A DNA stretch of 50,698 nucleotides, taken from NCBI GenBank assembly GCA_964342815.1, contig CAYFHS010000024.1, positions 1 through 50,698 of the forward strand. The letters are read 5' to 3'. The position numbers and the translations under genes were made by a program. Source of the stretch: an uncultured archaeon. Lineage in GTDB: Archaea > Thermoplasmatota > Penumbrarchaeia > JASLWR01. Shown here one piece after another: positions 26,630 to 37,757 of the stretch (within the stretch, counting starts at the first letter, position 1; each line of letters starts with the position of its first letter). The notes under the pieces were generated by a model, which saw only the letters and a program-made list of their open reading frames with translations, ran no database searches and was not told the DNA's origin.

Positions 26630-26959
26630 TTAACGCCATTCATCCCTTGATATTCCATCCCGGTCCCATCTCTTCCGTACTCGTTGGATTCTTTTGGGTT
26701 TATCAAGATCCTCTTTCAATTTTATTTTTCCGGGGAAGAACCTTAGCATTACGACCTCTCCGACCTTGTCAACCCATCTGTAAGGAACTGCAACATCCAA
26801 CCCGGATTCAATTACCTCGGGATTCGTATGTGTTAAGATCAACTCGTAAATAGCTCCTCTTTCCATGTCGAACAACATGTTTTTGACCAGACCCAGATAT
26901 CTGCCTTTGGGTGTGTATACTTGCAACGAAATAAGTTCGGTGGATTCGATTAACATCAA
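26630..26959 (-). CDS. PRC-barrel domain protein
   Basis: LQVYTPKGRYLGLVKNMLFD...VPYRWVDKVGEVVML. Confidence 0.85.
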   Translation of the reverse strand: MMLIESTELISLQVYTPKGRYLGLVKNMLFDMERGAIYELILTHTNPEVIESGLDVAVPYRWVDKVGEVVMLRFFPGKIKLKEDLDKPKRIQRVRKRWDRDGISRDEWR

Positions 26960-27055
26960 TAGTTCTCCCCTGGTAAATAGTAAGGTTATCGGCCGATAAT
27001 ATACCTAACCCTTAATAAAGGTTACCACTTTTTAGGTCCATCGGGTTTATATCGC

Positions 27056-28525
27056 TCATTTAAAATTACCTGCCCGGTTTTTACTTGGCACCACAACTGT
27101 CTTTGCAATCATGTCGCCAATTCTTTGTCGATTTTTAGAAAATCCCATTACTATTACCGAGAAAATATAAAAACCCCCCAGCATCTCGAAATAACGTGAT
27201 ATGTTCCTGGCAATTGCCGCTTCAAATGACATTCGGGTTTTTCCAATCTCCTTTACTTCGATTCCCACCATCCACTTTCCCGGTGTTCTATTCGTGAACA
27301 ACTCGAAAAGGATAAAATAAGGTAATTGAAGGGACGCCCAGATCGAGAAAGGAAAAATGAAATAAACAAGCAAAGTCGATATGGTCTCATCGGGATTCAC
27401 AGGATGGTATAAGGAACTGATCCAAATTATATTGATCAATGCTGCAAAAGGGAGCAAACATATTTGATCGATCAAGAATGCTCCGGCACGCCGGGATTTG
27501 GTTGCCAGTCGAACCTTTCTCGAGCTGTCGAGTTTATCCAGCAGCAGTTGTGCAGTCAGAAGTGATTTATATGCCTTTTTTGTGGTCGGGTCCAGTTCTC
27601 TTGAAAATTTTTCTAGAATATAAAAATCTCCTAAGGCACGAGGATTATCTAAAACCCTTAAAAGGATGTCTTTATCGCGAAGAGTGTTAGGCTTCGAATA
27701 TTGAAAACCGGCAACCATATATATTTTTTTCTTAACAGCATCCAAGGCGTAGAAAATTGCCTGTTTTCTTTGACCTTGTTTAAGACAATCATACCCTTGG
27801 ATAAAACGTTTGTGTATCCATCGGTCATCCCGATTTGCTTTAGGTAGGCGGTAAGGATAGTCTCTTAATAATTTGCGTTTGCAAAAACCCTTCGTGAGAA
27901 ATAAAAGTATAAATGTAAGGAAAAAGGCTAGAAGTGGACATATCAACACGAGATCCAGGGTTCTTGCACCTCCGATATCACCACCCAAACCACGATTGAA
28001 GACAAGCTCAGGAATCCGTACCAAATCGGCACCAGTGAGTGTTCCGAGACATGCTACCGTGAAGGATATCGGCAGTGCCTTTTCCCTTTTACTCAGTAAA
28101 CCGTATGCTGTAGAAATGATAACAGCGGTGAGTACAGGTAATAGATAATCCGGAAATTCAGCACCAATACCAATATTGTCTACAATCTTAGTCACTTTGT
28201 AGGTAACAAACGCAGTTGCACCGATACCTATGGAGACGACGAAGATGTTCAGCTTATTTTTTATCCAGAGGTAAATGGCGAAACAGGTGGGCATAACGGC
28301 TCCCGACATATTCAGCATAATCCAGCCCCGGCCGGAAGCGATCACCGGGATTGATCCTACCGCAAATACACATCCAATTATAAATGCCAATACGATTCTT
28401 TGGTTCAGATGAATTGCATGGGCCAGAGGTCGGAACTCCTCGAGGATAATAAAAAAAATCAACAGGCCGACAACAGGCGTCAGGAGGACTATAAGCCCAC
28501 CAAGCAAATCTATCAGGAGAACCAT
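27056..28525 (-). CDS. DUF1614-like membrane domain fused to a C-terminal RDD domain
   Basis: LNMSGAVMP, GTLTGADL and IGGARTLD (DUF1614-like); RRAGAFLID, TPGKW..GI.V and QRIGDMIAKTVVV (RDD). Confidence 0.75.
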   Translation of the reverse strand: MVLLIDLLGGLIVLLTPVVGLLIFFIILEEFRPLAHAIHLNQRIVLAFIIGCVFAVGSIPVIASGRGWIMLNMSGAVMPTCFAIYLWIKNKLNIFVVSIGIGATAFVTYKVTKIVDNIGIGAEFPDYLLPVLTAVIISTAYGLLSKREKALPISFTVACLGTLTGADLVRIPELVFNRGLGGDIGGARTLDLVLICPLLAFFLTFILLFLTKGFCKRKLLRDYPYRLPKANRDDRWIHKRFIQGYDCLKQGQRKQAIFYALDAVKKKIYMVAGFQYSKPNTLRDKDILLRVLDNPRALGDFYILEKFSRELDPTTKKAYKSLLTAQLLLDKLDSSRKVRLATKSRRAGAFLIDQICLLPFAALINIIWISSLYHPVNPDETISTLLVYFIFPFSIWASLQLPYFILFELFTNRTPGKWMVGIEVKEIGKTRMSFEAAIARNISRYFEMLGGFYIFSVIVMGFSKNRQRIGDMIAKTVVVPSKNRAGNFK

Positions 28526-28862
28526 ATTATGAGGTATGTTTCCGGGCCTTATGAACTTTTAGTTGATTTTGGTGTAACATTCCTCTCACAAAATCCAAAT
28601 AACAGTAGTATATTATCATTATGTGAATCTTTGATGTATGATCATCTTAGATTTACACTTGGGATTATATTTGCGGAATTGAAACCCCCCTGAGGATTGC
28701 GGAAACTCCGAAGCAAATAGCGGTGCTCACTGCTTGTGGGCGAGAACCTACTCGTTTGGGGTGAAGCCCATTTCAAAGGGCTGATAGGGATCGATTCCGC
28801 TGAGTATTTTCCGAATAATCCATTGTAATTTCTGCCTGTAAGATGCAAAGGGGTTTCCAGAT

Positions 28863-31019
28863 ATGCCAGAAGGTAATATAGGTACCGATGACAATCCCGG
28901 AACAGCGGAAATGACCCGCTTTTCGGGAGAGAATGTAGAGAAAAGGACCAAGTCATTGGACAAGTTACTCACACAGTTCGGTGATCATTTAAGATTCTGG
29001 GACTGGTCAGGGTTCAATGTTAAGGATTTCGGAGACGGTTTTATCGGATTTCTGGAGCAGTACAACAGATGGAAGAAGAGCGAGAGAAAGGACCCTGCCG
29101 TTCTGAATAAACTCGTGGATAGTGATTTGAAGGGAATCTATGGAGATTTTTTTATAAAAAGAAAAGAAATAGAACATGCAATGCTGTATTTCGAGGAATT
29201 GGAAGACCTTTATGCTATGGATAAGAAGGTTCCGAGAGCGCTGGTTAAAGCTACCATAAAGAAACTCGGAAATATGGATGAATTGGAAAAGAGTATGGCG
29301 GCTCTAAAAGAGAAAGTGTATTCCAAGAACAAAGTTACCTCTTCTGAGTTGAGAAGAACAACGCTAAATTATATTCAATCGCTAAAGAACGAGGTTCTAG
29401 AGCTTCAAGGCGATAAGGGCGATATCGGTCGTGCACTTAGCTATTTAAACAAAGCCAAGAACCATTTTACATCGAAGGAACTGGACAAGGCACTGAATAT
29501 GTGCCGGTTGGTGAAAGTGGAGATCGAGTACGCAAAAGGTATGAAGGCTGCTAGTTCTGGAAAAGAATACATTGATACGAAGGAAACGGAAGTGGAGGAG
29601 CGCGAGGTACTGAAGAAAAAAATAATTACCCGAAAAAAGAAATCCGTTGGTCCACCTAACAAGGAAATGGAAAAAAAATGCAGCGAAATGCTGCAATCAA
29701 CTAATGGATTGCTCTCAAAACTTCACGCCATGGGAAAGGACATCAAGGATCTGTTAGGACTGTTCATGAAAGCGAAACCCGCAGTGGCAAATAACGATTT
29801 CGATACAGCACTCAAGATAGCAATTGAGGTCAACGCGATAGGACAGGGCATGCTCGTTCCCCCGCCCACGGAGGAAGAACTTCGTACGGGTCGTTATGCA
29901 TTACAGGAAGATGAATTAGATTTCGAGATAGTCACTGAAAGGTATAAACCGCAGATTTTTGAGGAAGAGGTCGATTTCGACGATGGTGATTTCATACTGG
30001 AATTCGAGTGTTCCGAGTGCGGTTCATTCGTTCCCGGGAATGCCGAGGTCTGCCCCAACTGCGGGGATGTATTCAAGGAAACAGTATTTGAAACTATTCC
30101 AGATGAGGAATTCGAAGCGGATGAGGATTTTAAAACAGAGGAAAAAGAGGATATTGAGGTGAAGGATGAACGTATGGAGCTTGGGCCGGAGGACGCAGCG
30201 GTGGAGGGGGAAGAGAGCGAGGAGCTTGTGGGAGAGGGGGTAGAGCTTATCGAAGACGGGGAAACCGAGGTTCAGGCTACCGTCGATGAAGTTGAAACCG
30301 TAGTTCCTGAAGTATTGAAAATCATACCTTCGTCCGAGACCGATGAGGAGACCGCAGGAAAATCCACCGCCGAATGGGAAGAGGACGGAGTAGGGGATAT
30401 TGTAAAGAAAGCTCCACCCGAAGACCAGATCATGAAATTCATCGAGACGAGGCAGAAGGAAGCCGAAGAGCTTGCAAAAAAGGGAAAGCTGGACGAGGCC
30501 CTTGCCGCTCTCGATTCCATACTCAACATAAAATCCGATTATTCCCCTGCTCTGAACGACAAAGGAACTATACTTTTCACGCTGGGAGAGACCGAGAAAG
30601 CCCAGGTTCTATATGACATGGCGCTAGAGATCGATCCGAAATCAATTGATATATGGACCAATAAGGCTTTCATGTTCCACAGCGTTGGAAATAACACCGG
30701 TGCATTTTATTCATACCAGAGAGCCCTTGCCCTGAATCCGAGCAACACGGAGATCTTGACCAATCTCGGAGCACTTTACTTTGAGATAGACAAGCACGAA
30801 AAAGCCCTAAAGTATTTCGAAAGGGCCACGGAGGTCAAATCCTATGATCCCGAGTTATGGTACTTTCAAGGATTCACAAATGAAGTAATGGAGAGGTGGA
30901 CCGCCGCCCTTAAATGCTACGAAGAAGTGTTGAGGCGTGAACCTTTCCACGAGGATGCGCTGTTCGGAAGGGACAAGTGCAAGGATAAACTGAGAAAGGA
31001 AGAAGAGGGAGAGGACTGA
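28863..31019 (+). CDS. Acidic TPR-repeat protein with a central zinc ribbon
   Basis: CSECGSFVPGNAEVCPNCG; about five TPRs at the C-terminus (ALNDKG, IWTNKA, ILTNLG, LWYFQG). Confidence 0.8.
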   Translation: MPEGNIGTDDNPGTAEMTRFSGENVEKRTKSLDKLLTQFGDHLRFWDWSGFNVKDFGDGFIGFLEQYNRWKKSERKDPAVLNKLVDSDLKGIYGDFFIKRKEIEHAMLYFEELEDLYAMDKKVPRALVKATIKKLGNMDELEKSMAALKEKVYSKNKVTSSELRRTTLNYIQSLKNEVLELQGDKGDIGRALSYLNKAKNHFTSKELDKALNMCRLVKVEIEYAKGMKAASSGKEYIDTKETEVEEREVLKKKIITRKKKSVGPPNKEMEKKCSEMLQSTNGLLSKLHAMGKDIKDLLGLFMKAKPAVANNDFDTALKIAIEVNAIGQGMLVPPPTEEELRTGRYALQEDELDFEIVTERYKPQIFEEEVDFDDGDFILEFECSECGSFVPGNAEVCPNCGDVFKETVFETIPDEEFEADEDFKTEEKEDIEVKDERMELGPEDAAVEGEESEELVGEGVELIEDGETEVQATVDEVETVVPEVLKIIPSSETDEETAGKSTAEWEEDGVGDIVKKAPPEDQIMKFIETRQKEAEELAKKGKLDEALAALDSILNIKSDYSPALNDKGTILFTLGETEKAQVLYDMALEIDPKSIDIWTNKAFMFHSVGNNTGAFYSYQRALALNPSNTEILTNLGALYFEIDKHEKALKYFERATEVKSYDPELWYFQGFTNEVMERWTAALKCYEEVLRREPFHEDALFGRDKCKDKLRKEEEGED

Positions 31020-31026
31020 TCCAGAT

Positions 31027-34000
31027 TTACTTATAACTCCCCAGTACAAGCTCCTCCATGTAGTCCTTCACATCGTCCAGTTTCTTCACTTCACCATCCC
31101 AGTCCGCCAACGATTTTTTGTGTTTTTTCTCGATTTTCTCCACTGCCCGGTCCAGCTGTTTGCCTATGTTTTTTGGACTTTTTCCGGAAACAACAGCCAC
31201 GATATTTATATCCTCGCCGCAGGCGAACATCACCGAAATGTCACCGAAATCGATTTTTTTCAGATCCATGGACAAGCCCTTTTCGCTCAACTGCCCGTAA
31301 ACTGAATCAGTTATAAAATTCTTCACTGCAACCAGCATTGACGATAGTACGTCCACATTGAGGTCGGTAATCCTTTTGAACGTATAATGCTTGATCAGCA
31401 GTCCGTACGCTGTCATAAGGAATATCTCGTCGATGGGTAATTCTTTTTCCTGATCGCCCAGATCTATAAATGTAGCTGGAGGTAGGAACAACTCTTCTTT
31501 CGGAGATATTACCTTCGTTTCTGGAATATAGGTCGAATCCACGTCAAATCTCTTATTTTCGGATTTCTTATCACGTGAACGTATTGGTCCCGCTTTTATT
31601 CTGCTCATCCATTTTTTTAGGTTCAGATCGCAGCTTGGACATGTCCCTACTCTTAGTGCGCAGGTATCGTGGTACTGCCTGCCGCATCCGCACCTTAATA
31701 AGGGAAGCCCGCCCTTTATCACTCCAAGGCATATCCTGCATGTAACCGAACTATCGGATGATGTGAGCATGGGTTCAATATCTTTTGGTGCTCTTTTTCC
31801 ACGGATTGGAGATTTTTTTCCTTTTTTCTCTGCTTTTTTCAACCCTTTCTTTGGCCTTAGATCAATTGCTTCCTGTTTTTTCTTAACCTGGGCCAGTTCC
31901 TCTTTTCTTTCGTATGCTACGATTGGCCCCCCTACAACTTGCGGCCTCTTTTTTAAATGAGCAGGTGAACTGAGGGGGATGATGGGCCCTGAACCGCTTA
32001 TGACCAACGCCTCACTGATTTCCTCTGGTGACAGTTCGGGCTCACCCATTTCCGAACTTTTGGCCGACCGTTTCTTTCTAAAGAAGATTATTAAAAATAT
32101 TACGCAAAGGAGAATCGGCACAATCACAATTACCAACCAACCGAATAATCCAAATTTATCCCCATTACCATCGAAACTGCTGTTTGGATTTACTATGAGT
32201 ATAAAGAAATCCGATGCCTTGTTGCCTCCGGCATCATTTACAAGTAGGGATATATTGTATTCTCCTACCATTGCGAAAATAAAGATGGGATTCTTTTCAT
32301 ACAGAATTATTTCTTTATCACCGTAAACGAACTTCCAGCTGTAGTTCAACACACCGGAATTATCAGAACATTCGCTGCCGTCAAAACTAAATATTTCATT
32401 CTCTTTCGATGTCCTATCAGGTCCAGCTTCTGCTATCGGGCTTTCAGTGTCGATCACCGTAACGTTTATAAAATCGAGATCGAGATTCCCTGCCTTGTCG
32501 GTCACTTCAAGGGTTATCTTGTATACTCCTGGAAAATGAAAGATTATCCACACACCACCCCCGCTCAAGCTCTGGTTAGCTCCTCTTTCAGTGTAGGTCC
32601 AAAGGTATCGGTGCACTCCAACGTTGTCAGTGCTGTTCAGACCGTCGAACCATGATCTTCCGTCCTGATCCAGAGTTCTGTCAGGTCCGGCGTCTGCAGA
32701 TGGCCTGGTCGTATCGTTCACTATTACTGTAAATGAATCGATCTGCCAGTTTCCGGCCTCATCGCTGATGTTTAGAACTATAAGGAAACTGCCTGCATTT
32801 TTGAAGGTATGGCTTACCAGTTCTCCGGACAATTCAACAGGTCCATTATAATCAAGACTCCAGTTATAATGAACAATGCCCAAGTTATCAGAGCTCTTGC
32901 TGCCGCTGAATATTAATGTTTCGCCTTGATCGATCATAATGTCAGATCCTACTATAGCAATAGGTTTCTCTGTATCGATCACTGTCACCGTCAAGGAACT
33001 TCCTTCAATGTTTCCACTTGCATCGGAAACCTTCAGGATAACGAAAAACACACCCGCTCTTGAGAAAAGATAGCTCGGGGAGATCCCGTAAAGCTTTACT
33101 GGACCGACATCTGTGAAGGACCATGTGTAATTGACGACACCGACGTTGTCACCGCTGCCGCTGCCGTTGAACATTAGGAGAGTACCCTGATTTACAACTT
33201 GGTTTGAACCTGCTTTCGCTATGGGTGACTCGGTATCCCTCACTGTGATATTAAACGTATCCATTGCCGAATTTCCTGATGAATCGTTTATCTGGAGAGT
33301 GATGTGATATATACCAGAAATATAAAAGGTGAAATTCACATTTATCCCGTATAAATAATTTAACTTTTCGTTATAGTGAAAATTCCAGGTATAGTTTTCG
33401 ACCTCTACATTGTCGCTGCACAAGGTTCCATTGAATAGCACGGTGTCACCTTGATTGACGATACGGTCCATACCGACGTTGACCGCGGGCTTCTCTATGT
33501 CTCTTATCAATAGGTTCAAGTTGTCATAATCATAATTACCAGCTTCATCTTCCCCCCTCAATGTAATGTTATACCCGCCTGCAAGGTGAAAGACGAAAGA
33601 AGGTGTGGTATTGTAAAGCTCATGGATCGTGTTATTGTAGTTAAAGGTCCAGGTGAGATTGGTGATTCCCACGTTATCCGAGCATAACGAGCCGTTGAAA
33701 GTTACATTATCATGCTGATCGGCTTCCATATCCACTCCAGCATCTATAATGGGGATGGTTGTGTCATTAACGGTAAGGTTCATAACGTCCACAGCCCAGT
33801 TCCCATCGTGATCCGTTATGTTCATCCGTATGGGATAATAACCGGCATTGTCAAAGAAGAAATCTGGGGTTTGCCCGTAAAGTTTCACTGGAGTCCCGTT
33901 ATAATTAAAATTCCAGGTAAAATTTATTATGATCAAATTGTCCGTGCTTCCGTTTCCGTCAAATGACATTAGAGTATGTTGGTTAATGACTGTATCATTC

Positions 34001-35142
34001 CCGGCTATGGCATTGGGCCTTTGGCTGTCCTTCAGTGTTAATCCATACTGGTAGCTGCCTTGCATTTCCGGTTCGGGGCTTATGTAACCAGTATGATAAC
34101 CATTCATGGATATACTGATATTGTATGGACTGTAAAAGACCTCTGCTCCGCCATTTTCCACGTACTCTAAAAGGACTTTTTTTAGTATATTTCCATCAAC
34201 GTCTGTATAGAAGGAATTGTCGTAGGAACCGTTTGCATTGTCTTTTATCCTGACTGCGGCATTCTCTATTGGCCATGCTAGGGTGTTGTTCAGCGAAAGT
34301 GAAAAAAACCATCTTACGAAAACTTGCGAACCGCCTCCTGTATTCGTATCTAATTTGTCGAAGCTTGAATTCAAAACCATAAGGCTAGAGCTTGACGACA
34401 ACGTCAGATCCGTGTCACTGGGAGCCGAAATGCTCGAATTCTTCATCTCGATATTGGGGGATGATGTAAGCTCGATCCCGTTATTGATAAAAGAAACGTT
34501 TTCGATATGTACTGCCGCAGAATTGAATATATCCAGGCCAATATTGTTGTTCTTTATGGTTGAATTCACTATCTCGATGCTGTCCGAGTATTTGAGATAG
34601 ATACCTCTGGCATTATTCCAGTTCATAATATTTTCGATCCTGTTCCCCACCGAATTAGTTATGTGTATGCCTTCCTGGTTGTTTGGTGAAAAAATATTGC
34701 TGAGATTATTGCCATGGGAATTGGAAATGTAGATACCGTAATCACCGTTGTACGTTGTAATATTGCTTATCTCAGTATCATTGCAGTTTACTATATTCAG
34801 GCAGTGTCCCAATCCTCCCCCGTCGATAAATACATCCCCGGGATCCGCCCCAATTAAACGAATGCTTTTGTTTATCATTACCCTTTCGAAATATGTTCCC
34901 GGTTGTATGTTAATGGTATCTCCTTTGCTGGCATTGTCAACGGCCCATTGGATGCTGGTATAATCACCTCCGCCAGTGGCATTGACAATCAGTGTATCAC
35001 CTTTTGCTCTACCAATTGGACATATCCCTTCCATATAGGGAAAATTCATGGAAGGTAAACCTGCAAGGACCAGAAAAAGGATCATAATAAGTACGGGGGG
35101 TCTTTTCCAACGGGACATGTTTTCCATCACATTATACTTCAT
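31027..35142 (-). CDS. Large type I membrane protein: beta-helix (NosD-like), 7 PKD repeats, TM, RING-like finger, longin-like C-terminal domain
   Basis: SIQWAVDNAS.GDTI.I.PGTY.E; seven AxAGxD...FDG..S.DN..I..Y.W repeats; TM followed by RKKR; C4HC3 motif at 31630-31740; bbabbbaa-patterned tail ending in WDG. Confidence 0.8.
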   Translation of the reverse strand: MKYNVMENMSRWKRPPVLIMILFLVLAGLPSMNFPYMEGICPIGRAKGDTLIVNATGGGDYTSIQWAVDNASKGDTINIQPGTYFERVMINKSIRLIGADPGDVFIDGGGLGHCLNIVNCNDTEISNITTYNGDYGIYISNSHGNNLSNIFSPNNQEGIHITNSVGNRIENIMNWNNARGIYLKYSDSIEIVNSTIKNNNIGLDIFNSAAVHIENVSFINNGIELTSSPNIEMKNSSISAPSDTDLTLSSSSSLMVLNSSFDKLDTNTGGGSQVFVRWFFSLSLNNTLAWPIENAAVRIKDNANGSYDNSFYTDVDGNILKKVLLEYVENGGAEVFYSPYNISISMNGYHTGYISPEPEMQGSYQYGLTLKDSQRPNAIAGNDTVINQHTLMSFDGNGSTDNLIIINFTWNFNYNGTPVKLYGQTPDFFFDNAGYYPIRMNITDHDGNWAVDVMNLTVNDTTIPIIDAGVDMEADQHDNVTFNGSLCSDNVGITNLTWTFNYNNTIHELYNTTPSFVFHLAGGYNITLRGEDEAGNYDYDNLNLLIRDIEKPAVNVGMDRIVNQGDTVLFNGTLCSDNVEVENYTWNFHYNEKLNYLYGINVNFTFYISGIYHITLQINDSSGNSAMDTFNITVRDTESPIAKAGSNQVVNQGTLLMFNGSGSGDNVGVVNYTWSFTDVGPVKLYGISPSYLFSRAGVFFVILKVSDASGNIEGSSLTVTVIDTEKPIAIVGSDIMIDQGETLIFSGSKSSDNLGIVHYNWSLDYNGPVELSGELVSHTFKNAGSFLIVLNISDEAGNWQIDSFTVIVNDTTRPSADAGPDRTLDQDGRSWFDGLNSTDNVGVHRYLWTYTERGANQSLSGGGVWIIFHFPGVYKITLEVTDKAGNLDLDFINVTVIDTESPIAEAGPDRTSKENEIFSFDGSECSDNSGVLNYSWKFVYGDKEIILYEKNPIFIFAMVGEYNISLLVNDAGGNKASDFFILIVNPNSSFDGNGDKFGLFGWLVIVIVPILLCVIFLIIFFRKKRSAKSSEMGEPELSPEEISEALVISGSGPIIPLSSPAHLKKRPQVVGGPIVAYERKEELAQVKKKQEAIDLRPKKGLKKAEKKGKKSPIRGKRAPKDIEPMLTSSDSSVTCRICLGVIKGGLPLLRCGCGRQYHDTCALRVGTCPSCDLNLKKWMSRIKAGPIRSRDKKSENKRFDVDSTYIPETKVISPKEELFLPPATFIDLGDQEKELPIDEIFLMTAYGLLIKHYTFKRITDLNVDVLSSMLVAVKNFITDSVYGQLSEKGLSMDLKKIDFGDISVMFACGEDINIVAVVSGKSPKNIGKQLDRAVEKIEKKHKKSLADWDGEVKKLDDVKDYMEELVLGSYK

Positions 35143-35238
35143 TCAACGCCTGCTCTCATCTGACATTATGAACCTATGAGGTATAAAGGATTAATATGTG
35201 TTTCTATCCTAATGAACTTCTCATCAATGTCCCGGGTG

Positions 35239-37215
35239 CTAGAAGTGCATCTTTTCCGCGCCAATTACTTCCCCTGTGGTCCCGGAAAAGAACACGTCGT
35301 TGCTGTCGTAGTCACCTTTTTCAAGGTCCATGATCTCAAAACACAGAAGTTCGGACGCAGTGGGTCCGATATTCTTCAGATCCCAGATTATTACACGTTC
35401 TGCCAATGTTCTTGATTTTGGAATGATGTTTGTAACAACACATTGAGGAATTTTCACATATATGGTGATAGATTTCTTTTTGGGCGTGTAATTTGTCACC
35501 GTAATATAGGATTTCGTTGTCCATTTCGTTCTGGTCACTTTCTCGTCCCCACCATCTGTTTCTGTCTTTGTGGGAACTTCATCGAATTGAAGCAACTGGG
35601 ATTGACCGCTCCCGGGTTCAATAATATAGTCAGGTCCTTCCCTTTTTTCATATACAATCCGATCTTCCACCACGACCACGTTCATAATGTTTGTTATAAC
35701 TTTGGCTATATCCGGTAGTGGGAGATTTACAATTTCCGAGGATTTTCTTGCAATCTCGGGTAATAATTTCTGTATGATACTGTATTTCTCCCCTATCTTC
35801 TTGAGCTTTTTGCGTCGTTTAATATGGGTTCGCATTCTTCTTGCGCATTCTCTGACGGCGAGTTGCACTTCATTCTTTATAACGTCAAGGTTTGCTATCG
35901 CTTCTTTCGCTTCAGAGGTGAAAGGAATGTTGGTGGAAGCAATATGTACAATCACCATGACAGGGCCAATTGGAATTCCTCTACCACCTCTCTGTTCCAG
36001 GTGATACTGCCTCCAGTCCATCTCTTCGATGCCCTTGGTGATAACGCAGCCGCCCTGCTGGTACAGTAAAGGTACCCGATTGGCAAAGCGGAGGATCACT
36101 ATACTTTTGTCCTTAGGCAGGTCGCCTCCGTAGACCAATCCCGCTTCAACCTGAAATGGAGTTCCCTGAAACACTGAAGGATCCCGGGTAACAGTGATAA
36201 TGAACTTAGCGTCGATCTCCTTTTTGAGTCCTTTCTTCATGAGTATTTCACCAATGGGGGAAAGGCAGTCTGTGGGAGGTGACATTATATTGATTGTCTC
36301 GATGGCTTCCAGCAATCGATTTGCATATTCCAGGCTCAGCTTTGAGGGTTTGATCGTCTCCGGGACCTCCGCTTTGGCGCATATTTTTCTCGCGGTGGAA
36401 TATGATACCCTTGAAAATTCTTTAACGAAGAACGAAGTAAGTTTGTACGCTTTACTGTCCTTTGCGATCTTTAACAGCGTGCCGATTTCGAGTCCCTTAG
36501 GATGCGGTTTGATCTCCACCGTTGCTTTCGGCAGCTTTTCCGTGACCCTTTCAAAAAGATTCACCTTACCGTCAGGCTCTGTCAATATAAAACGTGCATG
36601 GGGATTCACTATTGCCGTGGAATGGATGTATTCATAGATGGACTGTTTACGATTCCGCACGTATCTGCCTTTGAGATAAACGGTGAAACTTGTACCGTGA
36701 GCCCTTTCCATTAGGACCACTTTGCGGCTGATCACTTCCGGAAGGTTCTTCTTTGTGTTCAGAATCAGTTTGACCCGGTAAGATGGCTCATCCTCACCAG
36801 TTTTAGACCTGATCACCACAGCTTTGCCGGTGGTCAGTTGACCGTACATGACTACCGCGCTGACTCCTATACCCTGCTGTCCCCTTGACTGTCTTATAAC
36901 ATGAAATCGGGAACCGTAGAGTAATCTGCCGAATACGTTTGGTATCTGTTTTCTGATTATTCCCGGTCCGTTATCGCCGATGGTGACTGCAAATTCATCG
37001 GGGGCACCCGTCTCCTCTATCTTTACCTCTATCTCCGGTAATATCCCTGCCTCTTCGCATGCGTCAAGTGAGTTGTCGACACCTTCCTTTACGGCGGTCA
37101 ATAATGCTCTAGTTTTACTGTCGAAACCTAGAATGTGTTTGTTTCTCTCGAAAAACTCGGATATAGATATCTTCTTCTGTGTCTTTGCGAGCTGCGCTGC
37201 CGTGACCCTTGCCAA
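35239..37215 (-). CDS. top6B: DNA topoisomerase VI subunit B (probable TTG start at 37215 after GGAGGG; ORF track opens at 37383)
   Basis: [43 protein letters not shown] and [10 protein letters not shown]. Confidence 0.95.
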   Translation of the reverse strand: MARVTAAQLAKTQKKISISEFFERNKHILGFDSKTRALLTAVKEGVDNSLDACEEAGILPEIEVKIEETGAPDEFAVTIGDNGPGIIRKQIPNVFGRLLYGSRFHVIRQSRGQQGIGVSAVVMYGQLTTGKAVVIRSKTGEDEPSYRVKLILNTKKNLPEVISRKVVLMERAHGTSFTVYLKGRYVRNRKQSIYEYIHSTAIVNPHARFILTEPDGKVNLFERVTEKLPKATVEIKPHPKGLEIGTLLKIAKDSKAYKLTSFFVKEFSRVSYSTARKICAKAEVPETIKPSKLSLEYANRLLEAIETINIMSPPTDCLSPIGEILMKKGLKKEIDAKFIITVTRDPSVFQGTPFQVEAGLVYGGDLPKDKSIVILRFANRVPLLYQQGGCVITKGIEEMDWRQYHLEQRGGRGIPIGPVMVIVHIASTNIPFTSEAKEAIANLDVIKNEVQLAVRECARRMRTHIKRRKKLKKIGEKYSIIQKLLPEIARKSSEIVNLPLPDIAKVITNIMNVVVVEDRIVYEKREGPDYIIEPGSGQSQLLQFDEVPTKTETDGGDEKVTRTKWTTKSYITVTNYTPKKKSITIYVKIPQCVVTNIIPKSRTLAERVIIWDLKNIGPTASELLCFEIMDLEKGDYDSNDVFFSGTTGEVIGAEKMHF

Positions 37216-37379
37216 ACAAAAACCCTCCGAACATAATCCTGTTGAACCCGGCCCATATTGGTAACCCAGTTTAATAAAATTGTTGTTATTTACTACCCAG
37301 TTCAAATCACCTGTAAAGTTGATAATCAACCGAGTTCTGCTTGATCGCCCATTCCCAAGTAAAACATATCCGATTAAAA

Positions 37380-37757
37380 TCATTTGACCGTAAAGTTTTC
37401 TCGAGTTCTATCTATCTCGACCTCGACATGATCCAGTATTCCCTGAAGTGGTACCGAGGGTTTTCTTATCCTGATAATTATTCTCTCCAATTCGTAACGG
37501 GTCAGTATCGTAAGTCCAATTTTGTGAGCCAAGGACTCAAGCAGGTGGAAACGACTGCTCTCGGTTATGGATTTTATCTCTTCGTAGACCGACTTGTAGT
37601 TGACGGTCTTGTCAAGCTCATCAGTGGCGATCCCTTCTCGGAGATCAAGGAACATATCTACATCGATAAAGAACCTTTGGCCAAGTTCGGTCTCATGGGC
37701 ATTTGTACCGTGAAAACCATAGAACGCCATGTTCTTCAACGTTATCCGGTCGGACAT
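37380..37757 (-). CDS. folB: Dihydroneopterin aldolase, bacterial FolB type
   Basis: FYGFHG...E..LGQRF.ID, TVNY, LLE.LA..I and RKP..P. Confidence 0.92.
   Translation of the reverse strand: MSDRITLKNMAFYGFHGTNAHETELGQRFFIDVDMFLDLREGIATDELDKTVNYKSVYEEIKSITESSRFHLLESLAHKIGLTILTRYELERIIIRIRKPSVPLQGILDHVEVEIDRTRENFTVK

Noticed and set aside
28691-28860. RNase P RNA, suggested by GCGGAAACTCC
   Set aside because: There is no downstream P4 partner (ACAGAAnnnGGCTTA-like) and too little room before the next CDS.
37216-37383. 56-codon N-terminal extension of Top6B in the ORF track
   Set aside because: A good SD and TTG at 37215 precede the conserved N-terminus; the extension looks like translated intergenic sequence.
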